Shown: positions 26,016-39,346 of the stretch, in pieces
Numbering within the stretch: the stretch's first letter is position 1
How the letters are laid out: each line of letters starts with the position of its first letter
DNA from: Leucoraja ocellata
Lineage: Eukaryota
DNA: 58,844 nucleotides
Assembly (NCBI GenBank): GCA_036785375.1
Contig: JAWMAR010004161.1
Location: forward strand, 1 to 58,844
Reading direction: 5' to 3'
Translations under genes and position numbers: made by a program
Notes under the pieces: model-generated
What the model was told of the DNA's origin: nothing
The model's database searches: none
Seen by the model: the letters and a program-made list of their open reading frames with translations, nothing else

Positions 26016-27391
26016 TTTCATATGGCGACGTTTCAAGTTGGGACCCTTCTACAGTCCCGGCACAAGACGTCACCACAAGACGTCCATATCCTCCATTTCC
26101 AGAGATGCTGCCCGATCCACTGAGATATTCCTGCATCACCACTTGGTTTGGTGACTGCACAGCCCAAGACTGCAAGAAATTGCAGAGTTGTTGATGCAGC
26201 CTAGCCCATCACACAAACCAGACTTCCCCCACGTCACATTGGCTTGGGAAAGCAGCCAACATAATCAAGGAGCACTTACATCCTAGTCGTTTCCTCTTCA
26301 ACCGTCTTGTCAGGCAGAAAATACAAAAGCCTGAAAGCATGCACCACTAGATTCAGGAACAGCTTCTCCACTGTTGTTATCGAACTACTGAAAAGAGCTC
26401 TCACAAGCCAACAGTGTAGTCTCAATCTCACAATTTATCTCAGTTCAACCGTTGTACTATTTTAACTGCATTTCTCTGCAACTGTAACATTGCAACACAA
26501 TCGTCTGCACTCTTGTTATTTTTCGTTTTGCACTACATCTTGTACTTGTACATGGCTTGATCGTACTCATGTATGGCATGATTTGACTGGATAGCAAGCA
26601 AATATTTTCACTGTAACTCAGTATAAGTGACAGTAATAATAAAATTAGAGCAATATTGCCAGAATTTGTTGACATTACTTCACATTGTAGTCCGACTGCA
26701 GCAATTCCAGACTGGAAGCCAGTGTCAACAGTTCACCAAGCCACGTTTGGAACTGGACTGAAGCTAAGTCAGGGGCATGATCTTGCTGGCAGTGGCTGCC
26801 TTAGGCTAATTGCATATCCAGAGTATGTTTAACCCACTCCACGGTTCCAGTACGATTCAGAAGACCCAGTCATAGAGCAGAGTTCATTCCAATGATTTCT
26901 CCCAGCATTGTCCAGCAGATCTCTGGGTGGATCATGAAAGCCAAATCCAAATTTATTCAAAAGTCAATAATGTTGTTGAATGCAAAAGCATTCTCCCTCT
27001 TTATAAAACTCAGATACAATTCCTCATCTCCTGCACTAACCTCTCATTGGAATAGCTTCTAACATGTTACATTATATCCAATCTTTCCCAATAGTTCTGC
27101 CCTTTATGTGCCTTCCTTTGGTTTTATTGGAATTACTATACTGTGGACCATTGCCCCCAAACAACATCACCCAGTTCCCTCAAGCTGCAATACACACCAT
27201 TAGTCACAACAGCACTTTGTAAGCCCTGGCTCACCAAACCAAGTGTGGGGAGCCTAATCCAATTCTACAGAATCATCTGCTACAATCTATCCAGAAAAAA
27301 CATGTAAGTTTAGAAAAAGAACATTATTGTCCACTTGGGTCAGTGGATAAAGGGACTACCCACAGTAATACTGATTAACAGAGATTAATAA

Positions 27392-27630
27392 AGAGCCTGT
27401 CCCACTTGGCGTTTTTTTTCGGCGACTGCCGGCATTATTGACTGGTGTATCGAAAGATTTTGTACATTTCAAAATCCAGTGGTGACCAAAAAAATGTTGC
27501 GACACTTGAGGAGACACCGCGTGCCAATACATCGTCATGCCGCATCACCGTCGCGACTTTTTTGGTGACCTGATACGTTAGTCAATGATGCCGACAGTCG
27601 CCAAAAAAATCATCAAGTGGGACAGGCTCT
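27392..27630. mobile_element. PIF/Harbinger-type MITE
   Basis: TIRs AGAGCCTGTCCCACTT / AAGTGGGACAGGCTCT with extended internal inverted similarity; TAA TSD. Confidence 0.85.
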
Positions 27631-27932
27631 TAATGGTCTCCAGGCTTAGATCAACTGACCTGCAACTGATGCCCCCGTTGTCCTTTAGTGCCCTTACTTA
27701 CTTGTAACATCAATCCCAGAACAATACAATTAATTATTTTACATAACCCAGTAAACCAGTCAATTGTATCAAATTTCTCTCAGCAATGCAAGGCTGCAGC
27801 CCCACATCAGATTAGGGGTGGACAAAGATTTCCATGACTGGATCCCAGTAATCATTAATGAGGTAGTGGGAGCTTCCACAACTGAGTGCAAAGCCCACTG
27901 GATAGATAACAAGGTCATAGATAAATTCTTAC

Positions 27933-28002
27933 CCTGGTATCTTCACTTATATATCCACAGGTAACTTTTTCACCTTTAACCCAAAGTTCACTTGCTTGCG
28001 CC
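27933..28002 (-). CDS. DEPDC5: DEPDC5 coding exon 7 (70 nt)
   Basis: cctag| [23 protein letters not shown] |gtaag. Confidence 0.95.
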
Positions 28003-28517
28003 CTAGGGGAAAAAAATCACCACACTGTTAGCCAGTGATAAATACATTCTAGCAATTGTTAAATAATTCCCAACAGGAATGGAGGAAACAGTGTGGTGTC
28101 TCTGAGAGACTCCAAATAAAGGCACGCAATTTAATGTACTTTCCCAGACATATTGGGTTTATTTGCAAATGAAGTTCCCATCAGAGCATACAGTGAAGGT
28201 GGCCTTTCAGCCCTGTGCTTGTGCCAGCTCTCTGAGAGCACAATCCAGCATGGCTCTACCTCTCCGGATCTCCCCATATCACTTCAATACTTTCCCAAGT
28301 TGCCATTCCATTTCCACTCCCCTCAATAATTGCCCAAACCTGCATCTGGGACACCAGTAATATTGTCTTTCTTTGCAAGGAGTGGAATGAGACAGGAAAG
28401 AAGGGTTATATTACGAAGCAGAACCATGTTCAACAATCGACAGCACCATACTTCAACGCTCCAAGCAAAATTAGAACTATTGAGGCAAATTGAACAAAGT
28501 AAAAATTTTAATCTGAC

Positions 28518-28567
28518 CTTATTCCTGCAAATTCCACTTTCTGTGTAATGTAAGCACAAGTGTTAAC
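28518..28567 (-). CDS. DEPDC5: DEPDC5 coding exon 6 (50 nt)
   Basis: tcctag| VNTCAYITQKVEFAGIR |gtcaga. Confidence 0.95.
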
Positions 28568-29509
28568 CTAGGAAAAAATGGATAGGTTTTTCAAAGAGCA
28601 GTCACAAATTTTATACGCAATTATCTCAACAAAGCTCTTAAGTTTATCAGAAATATCTGGACTAAGTCCCTGCTTCTGATCCACTGAGAATATCACAACA
28701 CGTGGATTACCTGCACAGTGCGGCATGTGGGTGTAAGCAACAACTGCATCTCAACACAATTAGATATTGTTACGTTGGTTCCATGCATAGGGTCTCATGA
28801 ATTTACCCGAGGAATACCACTTTGACTAATTTCTGTTGTGGTCCCAAATCACCAGCACTGTCCGATGTATTGAAATCCCCAGCACATGCTGTAGCACTCA
28901 GAGTGAATAGTAACCGCACATCACAGGTTGCTTACAGGCTGCAGGATTGGTTTGTGAGGTGCAGAAACAGGACAATATCTGTTTGAAGAAAAGCCCATGG
29001 AATTTCCTCTTCCAAGTCACCCTTCCTTTTTAAAAATAGGACATCCAGTATAGTCTCCTGCATGACCACACCATCACTACCAGCGCCAACAGCTCTGCTG
29101 AGAGGTTCACCCTCAAAACCACCTGAACACATGTAAGCAGAGCTCAGTGAACCGGAGAACAACCACACTGGAGCCCGGCAACAAAGCCACACCCTGGAAG
29201 CCTGGAATCTCTCCCAAAGAATGGCTGAGGCTGGGGAATCAACCGAAGATCCCAGAGCCGGATCGGCAGTTGTTCGTGAGGTGCAGGGACCAGTGCACTT
29301 AGGGAGTTAATGTATAAATTAGCCAGGAATTAACTGAATGACAGATTGGGTTTGAGGGGCTGAATAGCCTTCTCTTGCCTCCATGAAGTTTCATGTGCTT
29401 GGAATAGGTTGACAGAGGTTTAAGAGCAAGTGTGATGGTGCCACAAGAATATGGGCTCATTATGCTCCATTCTGTTTGCAAATTGAAGATCAAATTTCCA
29501 GCCACGTAC

Positions 29510-29593
29510 CAGGTTCTTCTTGAGTCGCCACATGTCGCTGCGCCCAATGTACTGGTCCTTGAAGGTCAGCTCCATCAAATCCAGGGTAACATC
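29510..29593 (-). CDS. DEPDC5: DEPDC5 coding exon 5 (84 nt)
   Basis: aacag| [28 protein letters not shown] |gtacgt. Confidence 0.95.
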
Positions 29594-29621
29594 CTGTTCA
29601 ATATTCAGACAGGGAAATATT

Positions 29622-29985
29622 AATAGACAATAGGTGCAAGAGTAGGCCATTCGGCCCTTCGAACCAGCCATTCAATGTGATCATGGCTGATCATCCCCAA
29701 TCAGTACCCCGTTCCTGCCTTCACCCCATATCCCCTGACTCCGCTATCTTTAAGAGCCCTATCTAGCTCTCTCTTGAAAATATCCAGAGAACCGGCCTCC
29801 ATCGCCCTCTGAGGCAGAGAATTCCACAGACTCACAACTCTCTGCAAGAAAAAGTGTTTCCTCGTCTCCATTCTAAATGGCTTACCCCTTATTCTTAAAC
29901 TGTGGCCCCTGGTTCTGGACTCCCCCAACATCGGGAACATGTTTCCTGCCTCTAGCGTGTCCAAACCCTTAACAATCTTATATGT
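29622..29985 (-). mobile_element. CR1-type LINE 3' end
   Basis: MFPMLGESRTRGHSLRIRGKPFRMETRKHFFLQRVVSLWNSLPQ. Confidence 0.9.
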
Positions 29986-30602
29986 TTGCCTGTACTCATG
30001 TACGGGATCATTTGACTGGATAGCACGAAAAAATATTTTTCACTGCATCTCAGTGAACGTGACAATCTTAAACCAATACCAATGTTTGACTAAAAGAGCG
30101 AATATTACGACACTTGCTGGTGCAAGGAAATGCCTAACATGGGTTAGGTTTCAGCTGCAAACGTTGTCAGCGTCATGAATAAACCAGAGATCTGCAGAGT
30201 CAGCAAAAGATCTTTAGTTTCGGTTTTTCGGAGCTGCAACTGATTTGGAGAACAGGAACGACGAGAGGAATGGGGGGGGGGGGGGGGGGGGGGTGACACC
30301 AGGGGAAATGGTTATAATCTTACAGCCCTGGTCAATGTTGGATAGGACTTGACAAATCCAGAGGCAACAGGCCCAGCCAGAACTCACTCCCCTCACCTCG
30401 ATCACGCAGACAGGGTGGTGAATGGGCTCTAGTGTGGTAAAGGAGGCTTTTGGTACGTTGGCCTTCATCAGTCAGGGCACTGATTATGGCGGTTAGTACA
30501 TTAACAGGATGGGCAAATCCAAAAGTAAAAACCTTATCAAGATTCAGTTGATTATAATGAATGTGGAACAATATGCAACCGAGTTAATCAACCCACAAGA
30601 TG

Positions 30603-32625
30603 TAGGTATGTTACAAAACCTACCTGAATCGTGGCTGAGCATCTGCCCCACCCCTTGTGTGTGATTTTGGCGCTGTTTAGAGGGGGCGGGTTTAAAACGC
30701 GATTTTTACTAGGCTGTTGCAATCGAAAATGTTCAGCCTAGTAAATCATTAACGGAAAATCGCTGAAAGACCCCGTCGCAAAAGGTATTATTAGTTTTTA
30801 TGGCCTTGTAAAATAGTTAGAGTAGTTTAAAAATCACTCTCTAAACTCGCAACCTCTCGCAGCCCCAGGGTTTTATAAAGCAAACAATTAAAGGTATGTA
30901 CCTTATTTTTACATTAAATGGGGCTTGTATATAACCCTGTGTATAAAGTTTTCTATAGCGAGTAGCTCATTTTGGGCTCTTTATATCCCGCAGTATTTTT
31001 CTGGGCATTTGAGGGCACAAATCCAGCGCAATGTGAACGTTCTAAACCAGCGCGTTCACAGGAACCCACTAGAAAGCCGATTTAAATTGACTTTAATTTA
31101 CAGCAATTGAACACTAAATTCCTTCCATTTGGCCTATAAATTGATGTAAATGAGATTTAAAAATCATGTGTTATTGTGAATTATTTGTGAACATTATTTG
31201 GACACGGGCTATTTAAAAATGTTAATCATTTATTAAGAAATGGATAGATGTTTAGATCTAGTAAATTGAAGTTTGAAATTAGCTACAATTGGGTAACTAA
31301 CTAATTATATCAGCTATCATATATTATTAATCAACTTCATCAGCAAGTTCGCTGATGACACAACAGTAGTGGGTCTCATCAGTGACAACGATGAATCGGC
31401 GTACAGGATGGAGGTGGAGCTGCTCACAGGTTGGTGCAAATCCCACAACCTCATTCTTAACGTGGGAAAAACTAAGGAGATGGTGGTTGACTTCAGGAGG
31501 GCGGGGAAACATCACCATGCATCTCTGCACATCGACGGAGCTGATGTGGAAAGGGTCAGCAGCATGAAGTTCTTGGGACTACACCTGTCTGATGACCTGA
31601 CGTCCACGGCCAACACCACAGCTCTGGTCAAGAGAGCCCAGCAGCGACTTCACCCCCTCCGAAGACTACGGAAAGCAGGCCTCCCCACCACACATCTACG
31701 GACTTTTTATAGAGGGACTGTCGAGAGCGCACTGACATACGGCATCACTTCCTGGTTCGGGAGCTGCAAGGCGTACGAACGGCACCAACTGGACAGGATA
31801 GTGAGGACCGCAAGCAGGATTATTGGTGCTCCACTACCCTTCCTGCTGGACATATACAAGAAGAGATGCATCAACAGAGCCATCTCCATCATCAAAGACC
31901 CTTACCACCCATCACATGACTTTTTCACCATCCTCCCATCTGGGAAGAGGTACAGGAGCATCAGCTGCAAAACCAGCAGGATGCTCCTCAGCTTCTTCCC
32001 ACAGGCTATAAGACTGTTAAATGAACTTTCCCCCCTGCCAAGTATCGCGCACAAACCCCCCACACTGCAGCAGAGCCACTGTTGTGCCGCTGCCGGTCGG
32101 AACGGTTGTTGAATGTTATTGAATGTGATTAGAGGGTTAAATTGTTCATGACTGTATTTTAATTTTAATTGCTATTTATTTTGTAACGAAAACTGAACGG
32201 ACACTGGTTGAGAAACGTTTTTTTGTTTCCTCTGAGTATGCGAATACTCAGGAAATGACAATAAAGATTTACAATTTACAATTTACAATTTATATGCTTT
32301 AATTTCAGGTCATCCAAGTTAGATTATTTTATATTTGTTTCAGAATGGTTCAATTTATGATAACTGAAAATTTCATTCAGTTCTCTTAATTTTTAAGAAG
32401 ATTATGTGCTTTTGACTGTCCACGATCACAGCTTTTTTGTTATGTCCATAGAAAATCAATAGGGAACATGATGCTAATTTCCAAGTATGAAAATGGCCAT
32501 AACATTTTTATTACTTGAGATATGAAAGTGAATTAGGTGTCAAATTAAACTTATTGTTATGCTTTATCTGATGGGATAAATTGCAGACTTGATTTTTTAA
32601 ATCTCAAAATGTTGTAACATTGCTA
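30603..32625. mobile_element. AT-rich non-autonomous DNA transposon containing a Rex1 insertion
   Basis: Imperfect TIRs TAGGTATGTTACAA / TTGTAACATTGCTA; flanking direct repeat CAAGATG at 30596-30602 and 32626-32632. Confidence 0.75.
31320..32292 (+). mobile_element. Rex1/Babar-type LINE, 5'-truncated, RT C-terminal ORF intact (31369-32112)
   Basis: KFADDTTVVGLISDNDESAYRMEV..LNVGKTKEMVVDFRR..LPSGKRYRSI..SFFPQAIRLLN; (TTTACAA)n tail. Confidence 0.9.
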
Positions 32626-33603
32626 CAAGATGCAGATGGGATCAAAGCTCAGCAGTCCTTCCACATCTGGTTGTGAAGGGTTTGGACATTGAACCTGATG
32701 GCAGCTGCAGTAAGGTCGCTCTCCTCAGCAGGAAGGGTGGGATTCAAGGGCTGCGAGTCAACAAATACCAGCAAACGTATTAGGTATTTAACTGCTCAGT
32801 GTTCGTGCCACTGACTTCCAGTTGATCATGGGAACATGAGGAGGCATGTGATTGCTGCTTTTACTGACAGCAACACCTTCAAAAACAAGATGCAAGGTAC
32901 AAATCGGGTTCTGCACCCAGCATTCTCGGATGATCTCCATTCACATTTGCCCTTTATTCCAAGTACAATCTCTCATTCTCAGCAATGGACTTTGGGCCAT
33001 TCCCAGCATCTCCAGACAAGAGCAGAATGTAATCTGACTTACTGAGGCCTCGGCAAGAGAAGCTGAATGCAAACACTCACTCGAATGACTCAAACACTCA
33101 GCTTATTCACAAACAAAGAGAATCTGTACATTTCTCGCCAGTTACCAGCGAATCCAGCAAAAATTCTTGACTAGTGGCATAAAAGGATTGCTTAAGGATC
33201 CCTGAAACTCAATCGGAAGCTCGCTCTGGGATATGGATAGATTTGAAGCAATTAAGAGTGGCACAGTTGCACTGCGAGTAGAGCTGCTGTCCACAGCTCC
33301 ACTGACGCAGATTTAATCCTGACCTCGGGTGCTGCCTGTGTGATTTGTATCTTCTCCCTGTGACCACGTGTGTTTCCCCAGGGTGATCAATCTCCACTCA
33401 TATCATAAACAAGTGTGGATCAATAAATGTATTGTATCTAATGTATAGATGAGTGGTAGAATACAGGGGTGATTTGTGTAAATGTGAGAGAAAATTGCTA
33501 CAAGGAATGAAAGTGAATGTCCTGAGAGCCAGCATTGACTTGATCAGTCAAAAGGCTTTCTTCTACATTGTAAGAAATATACAAAAAAAAACATGACCCT
33601 TAC

Positions 33604-33689
33604 CTTCGGATCCACAATGTTCACATAGACATCCTGGTAAGCTCGCAGTTTAAACACCTGGGCCACAGTCTGATCCACACTGATAGTTT
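33604..33689 (-). CDS. DEPDC5: DEPDC5 coding exon 4 (86 nt)
   Basis: cttcag| [29 protein letters not shown] |gtaag. Confidence 0.95.
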
Positions 33690-34685
33690 CTGAAGGAAAG
33701 AACCAAGAAGGAAAGATTCAATTTAAATTAAATGTAATTTAATCTCCCCCCAAAAGGTAGGAGCGCAAAACAAAGCCAAAAATAATGTCACGGAGGGCAA
33801 AGAGAAAATTGGTGAACAAGCCTTTTCTGGGAAGTTTGGGGAAATATTTAAAATATCTTGGGTGTGAGAAGGAACATAATTACTGTTTAGGAGCTAGCAA
33901 TTGGACGGCCGGCCTTCCATCCCTACAGTCCTTTATTTTTGTTCTTTCCTTCTCTCCCACTTCTATCTGCACCTTAAAAGCTGATTCATTCATTGACTTT
34001 TTCCCAGTTGTGATGAAAGGGCATTAACTTGAAACATCCCATCTCTTTTTCTCTTCCCACAGATACTGTTGCCGTGCTGCATATTTCCAGCAGTTTTGTT
34101 CTTGGTTCTAACTGTAGTCAACGGCCCCCATAGCAGAAGCGTCCATGTCGCGGGTTGGAAACTAGAAGTATCCTGAGCTCATTCTGCTACCACCATCATC
34201 TACTGCGACAAGTGATGGCTTCCACTGATTGTCACCGGACGCTTGCGTCCTTTTCAGGACGGACGATGACGGCGAGGCCAACATTTGTAACAAGATGGAC
34301 ACGAAAAGAAGAAGACTGTAGCCCACCACATCATCAAAAACTGACTTTCTTCTCTGCTCATTAGGCACAACATAAATGGAAGACGTTCTCTGTGCAATAT
34401 TACAGATCATCAAGCTTTCCTCCCGTCATGTTTTCTCCCCTATATAACTTCTACCTTTGCAACACAAATCCCCAAAAATGCAGCAGCTGCGCATAGTGGT
34501 TGTACAGAGATTACCCAGAAACCAGGGAGGACTTTTTATAGTCCAAACTCAGATCAGACTTCATAATGTCCTTCATTACTTAGTATCATAAGATGGTCGT
34601 TAGCAATTTCGATGACACCTTACAATCTTTTTTAATACTAAATCCCACCAATCCAGCAACAATGCAAAATAATTCAAGTTGTTAC

Positions 34686-34732
34686 CTTTCTGCAGATCTT
34701 CTTTCAAAGACTTCACCTGCAGAAGAAGAGGG
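34686..34732 (-). CDS. DEPDC5: DEPDC5 coding exon 3 (47 nt)
   Basis: ttacag| PLLLQVKSLKEDLQK |gtaac. Confidence 0.95.
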
Positions 34733-35826
34733 CTGTAAAGAGAGATAATAAATATATTGAGCAACAAGAAGGGAGTTGAATTTAGGGGGTCCGTCCCTAA
34801 ATTGTGATATAGATAAAATTGTAGATCATTGGACTTTGGTCCTTTCAATTCCTCCTAGGATCCTTGACCTTGCACTCCTGTGGCTGTCTGTTTAATTAAG
34901 GATCACCTGTTCCTGCAGGATTCCCCATAAACCAAATCAATATCCCCTTCCCCACCCCACTTCCACCCTCGCCCCTAGATGACTTCAATAGATGCAAATC
35001 TAAAAAAAACATTGTTATTATGGTAAAACATTCCAATAGATTCAAAAAGTCTTACAAAGCTTTAAAATTAACTGTTTTATTTTCCCTTCCCTGGAAATAA
35101 ATCTGCTTGTAGACAAATTAATGTGATTAAAAAGAGAAAGTGTCACTTTACTCTGTTGGTCTCATTCACAACTCAGGGGACAATTTACGGAAGTTTGCCC
35201 GGCAGTCTGAAGGTCAAATAAAAAAGGAAATGAATTTGTTCATTGCTTTTCATGAATTCAGGACATCCAAACATTTCTCAGGCACTAATGTACTTTTACA
35301 GTGCAGCTCGTGTTGTGAGACAGGAAACACTGCAGCCAATGTGCACACAGCAAACTCCACAAAACATCACGGATGTATACTCTCTTTACGGTGATATAAT
35401 TGAGTGACATGTATTCACCAGGTAATGACTTCAAGCAGAGACGACCCAGCCACTGTCACAGAGGGAAGCTCCATTGAGAGCTTCACAATGATCATCTCAT
35501 CTCCAACAAGAAAAAATCGGATCATCTATCCTTGGTATTCAATGAATTAACATTGAAGTGCAGCAGGTACATGAAAAGATCATCTTCCAAGTCTCATGCC
35601 ATCCTGAGAAGGAAATATATCCCCATACCCTCATTGTAAATAAGTATAAATTGTAGCACTCCTTTCCCAACAGTACTGTGGGACGACCTTTACCTGTGGT
35701 TCAAGAGGCCACTCTGCAACAGACAATTGGAGAGGCCAAGAAATGCTGGTCCTGCCAGTAATGCTCAGATCCCCGAAAATGAACCAATAAAACTAATTTA
35801 AATAAAAAAAATTAAATGGTACCAAC

Positions 35827-35914
35827 CTGTACTCGTCATTGATGTACGCAATCTCCACAATATCACCCAGCTTCACCTGAGGGAAGACTTTGGGGTTCAC
35901 CATCAGTTCATAGT
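35827..35914 (-). CDS. DEPDC5: DEPDC5 coding exon 2 (88 nt)
   Basis: tttag| [30 protein letters not shown] |gttggt. Confidence 0.95.
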
Positions 35915-37347
35915 CTAAAGGAAACAGGAAGACAACGTGAAAAAAAGCATCTTTTCAGTTCATCACACTCTTTCCATACAGTACTTAACAATCAGCTCAC
36001 CAGTAACAAATTGAAAACAAGAATCAAACTGCTGGATCAACTCCGTGCCTCAGGCAACATCTGTGGTAGCAAGAGCATAGTCAACATTTTGGGTTGAGAC
36101 CCTGCATCAGGACCATCAGTTTGTTTCTTGCTCCAGATCACAGCATCTGTGGTTTTGAGTATTTCCTTTTGAATGTTTGGAGGGAAAGAGCTCTCTAATT
36201 ATATTCTGTAACCAACCCTGCCCCATAACTATCACCACTTCCTATCTCTTCTCAAGTGCCTTTTGATTATAGTTCCTTGTGACATTATCTGACCCTCAAA
36301 CAATGATTATATTGAATTCAGCTCCCTGAACGTCAGAGAGATTAAATCACACCAGCAAGATGTCCCATTCGACGATCAGCTCATGGGTATGCAATGGATA
36401 GACCTCAATGATCTCCATGCTAAAACTGCCTTGTGGTATTCATCCCTTCAGAGATACACCTAAAAAATAGACATCCAACAGATGGGTGAAGTTTGGTGGC
36501 CACAAAACCATTGCCCAGCAAGACACCTTGATTTCTAAAGTAAGGGAAGACAGGAATGGAGTATGGATTGTGACAGTTTCACTGCCAGGTCATAAGGTGC
36601 AGCCCAGGATCCGATTCTTTCTGTACTCATGTTTTCTCTGGGGATTAGTTATCTTGCATATTTGATATAACACTGTTTATTCTCTTGCACTCCTGACATA
36701 CTCATATATGATAAGGTTAGCCTGGTACACAAATCATGTTTTCATTGCATCTTGGTACACATGACAATAATAAACCAAAACAGTTCTAAGACACTTTATT
36801 TAAGCACATCACCAAACACTTGGCCACAGATAAATTTGAAGCAATACAATTGGCAGCAGTGCAGGTGGCTGGAGCAAGTCTGCTGTCAGCTTTGCCCAGT
36901 GGGACTAGTGGTGTTGCCAAGGGTGCCCAGAAGGATGGTGATTCTGCAGGGAACATGATGTCAGTGGCAGGATTGATGGTCCATCAGGCAGCCTGGCAGG
37001 ATTGATGGCAAAGCACAAAGATGGTGAAAAACAAAGTCAAGGTTTGGGAAGGGCAGAACAGCAGCCGCATCCCTCCCTGGCCCAGGAAATGGCCCTGTCC
37101 CTGAACCCTGAACCCCTTCCCCCCACACTTTCTCCTTCTACTCCGCCGCAAAAGCACCATCTCCCTCACTCACCCATGTTCTCCCTTCACCACGTCCAGT
37201 CTCTCCCGTGCCATCTCCCTCCATGTACTGTCCTTATGTGCCCAGCCCTCCACAAGCCATTCCTACTCTTCTCCCCCTCCCCCTCCTCTTTCTCATCTCA
37301 CTAGATCCGCTCTGACCGGCCGGGCAACACCAACAGCGTGTTCTCAC

Positions 37348-37405
37348 CGCTGCCCCCGAAGCCCTTCTTGTGGATCCACAGCTTATACACCCTGTTGGTT
37401 CTCAT
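37348..37405 (-). CDS. DEPDC5: DEPDC5 coding exon 1 (58 nt, start codon)
   Basis: ATG at 37405; MRTNRVYKLWIHKKGFGGS; donor G|GTGAG. Confidence 0.95.
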
Positions 37406-37419
37406 GATGACAGCCTGTG

Positions 37420-37560
37420 ACAGGCCCAGGCCGCCGCCGAGCACGGTGTTGTTGCTGAGAGCTGCCGGAAGTGCAGCAGCGGACAGGGTCTGGGGCCTCG
37501 GAGAAACGTTCCGTGGAGAAAGGTTCCGGGAGCCGACTGGAGGGGTGTTTGTGCCGTTCT
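37420..37560 (-). promoter_or_regulatory. CpG-rich 5' region / probable promoter or 5'UTR of DEPDC5, with ETS/GABP-type motif
   Basis: Local CpG enrichment just upstream of the ATG; CCGGAAGTG at 37465-37473. Confidence 0.45.
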
Positions 37561-38089
37561 TAGCAAAGATCCTATAAGAGTTTCACAGAGCCCTTTACAG
37601 CCACCAAAGTATTTTGGGGAGTATTATCAACGTTGTAATGCAGGATTTCGAATGCAGCAGCTTCCTAAGCACCAGCACCAGTACCAAGGCGGTGGACGAG
37701 GGCCTGTTGAATCTTCCTCCAAGTCTCGGCCCAGCCTCATCCAGGCTACCTCACCCCCTCCGGTTAAAATAACCACTTCTCTCGATCACTTTATACAACA
37801 AAGACATCCAAGGCAAAACACGGCGAGCAGAGTAAGTGAGGTAGATATTAATGCGTTAGACCAAAAGCTCGGTCAGAGGAATAGGTCTTATGGAATGATT
37901 TAAAAGAGGAGAGAGAGGTAAATTGAATATCTAGTGTCTTGGCAACATAGGATAGAATATAGTAGGTGTCTTGGACCTTGAGTAGGCAAACTATTCTTGA
38001 AGCTAGAGCTGAATTAAATTGAAAACTACTGCTAACTACTGTGCTGTGTCATCTCTTTGACACCTCTCTATATTTGTGACCCTATGGAT

Positions 38090-39170
38090 GAACATCATGC
38101 CACCATCTCCCATTACTAATCTCATCTTTAACACTTAAATAACGTTCAATTCCTTTCCCCCGTCACCTCATCTTTACCACAGACACGCAGCTCTATTACA
38201 CTGTCATTCCCTACCAGGAAGGTCACAGAGCTCTCTGGTTCTTCCTTGAACAGAGACCCAATCAGTTCCTTCTCTCCTCACACTCTGCTTGGTGGAACTT
38301 GTCCTCACTCTCAACAACTTCTCCTTTGGCTCCTCTCACTTTCTTCAACTCGATGATGTAGCCACGGGCCCCGGCTGTGCCTTTTTGTTGCTTACAGTCC
38401 TTGTTCCAAATCATTCCCCAATTTTTTCACCCCCACCCTTTTCTCCGCAGCATCAAAGACTGCATTAGGGCTGCCTCCAGCATCCGTACAGAACTCATTG
38501 ATTTCATCAACTTCACCACCAACTTCTCAAATTCACTTGGACTATCTCTGACACCTCTCTCCCCTTTCTCGATCTCCCTGTCTCCATCACATGAGACAGA
38601 CTATTGACAGAGGTCTACTTCAAACCCACTGACTCCCACAGTTATCTTGATAACACATCCACTCTGCCATCCATCTTTGCAAGGATGCTATCCCTTACTC
38701 TCAATTATTCTGTCTCCGCTGCATCTGCTCTCAAGACAAGGCCTTCCCATCTAGATCTTCCAAGATGTTCTCTTTTTTCAGTAAATATGGTTTCCCCCCT
38801 CCAATTGTGGATATATCCCTCATCCATCTCTGTGTCCGATAGTGCTGTTCTCATTCCCGCTCCCCCTACATGGAACAACGAATACATCATTCTACATTTC
38901 CGCCACCTTCAACCTAATCTAATCACCAGTCACATCTTTCCATTCCCCACTCCTTTCTGCTTTCTACAGCGACTGCTCCCGAGGCACCTCCTTAGTTCAT
39001 TGATCCCTTCCATTCCAACCTGCCGCCTCCCTAGGTAGACACAAAATGCTGGAGTAACTCAACGGGTGAGGCAGCATCTATGGAGAGAAGGAATTGGCGA
39101 CGTTTCAAGTCGAGACCCTTCTTCAGACTCCCTAGGTACTTCGCCTGTAAAACACAGGAAATGTAACACC
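38090..39170 (+). mobile_element. Degraded Penelope-like RT fragment
   Basis: TEVYFKPTDSHSYLD; IILHFRHLQ. Confidence 0.75.
39038..39127 (-). mobile_element. Short hammerhead-core Penelope-derived insertion nested in an older Penelope fragment
   Basis: 11-bp TSD CTCCCTAGGTA at 39027-39037 and 39128-39138. Confidence 0.85.
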
Positions 39171-39172
39171 TC

Positions 39173-39346
39173 CAGGACCCTCCATAATGTTTGGGACAAA
39201 GACCCATCATTTATTTATTTGCCTCTGTACTCCACAATATGAGATTTGTAATAGAAATAAATTACATGTGGTTAAAATGCACATTGTCAGATTTAAAGGC
39301 CATTTTTATACATTTTGTTTTCACCATGTAGAAATGACAGCTGTGT
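39173..39346. mobile_element. Tc1/mariner-like terminal fragment
   Basis: CAG..CCCTCCATAATGTTTGGGACA terminus resembles Tc1 TIRs; no partner end seen. Confidence 0.5.
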
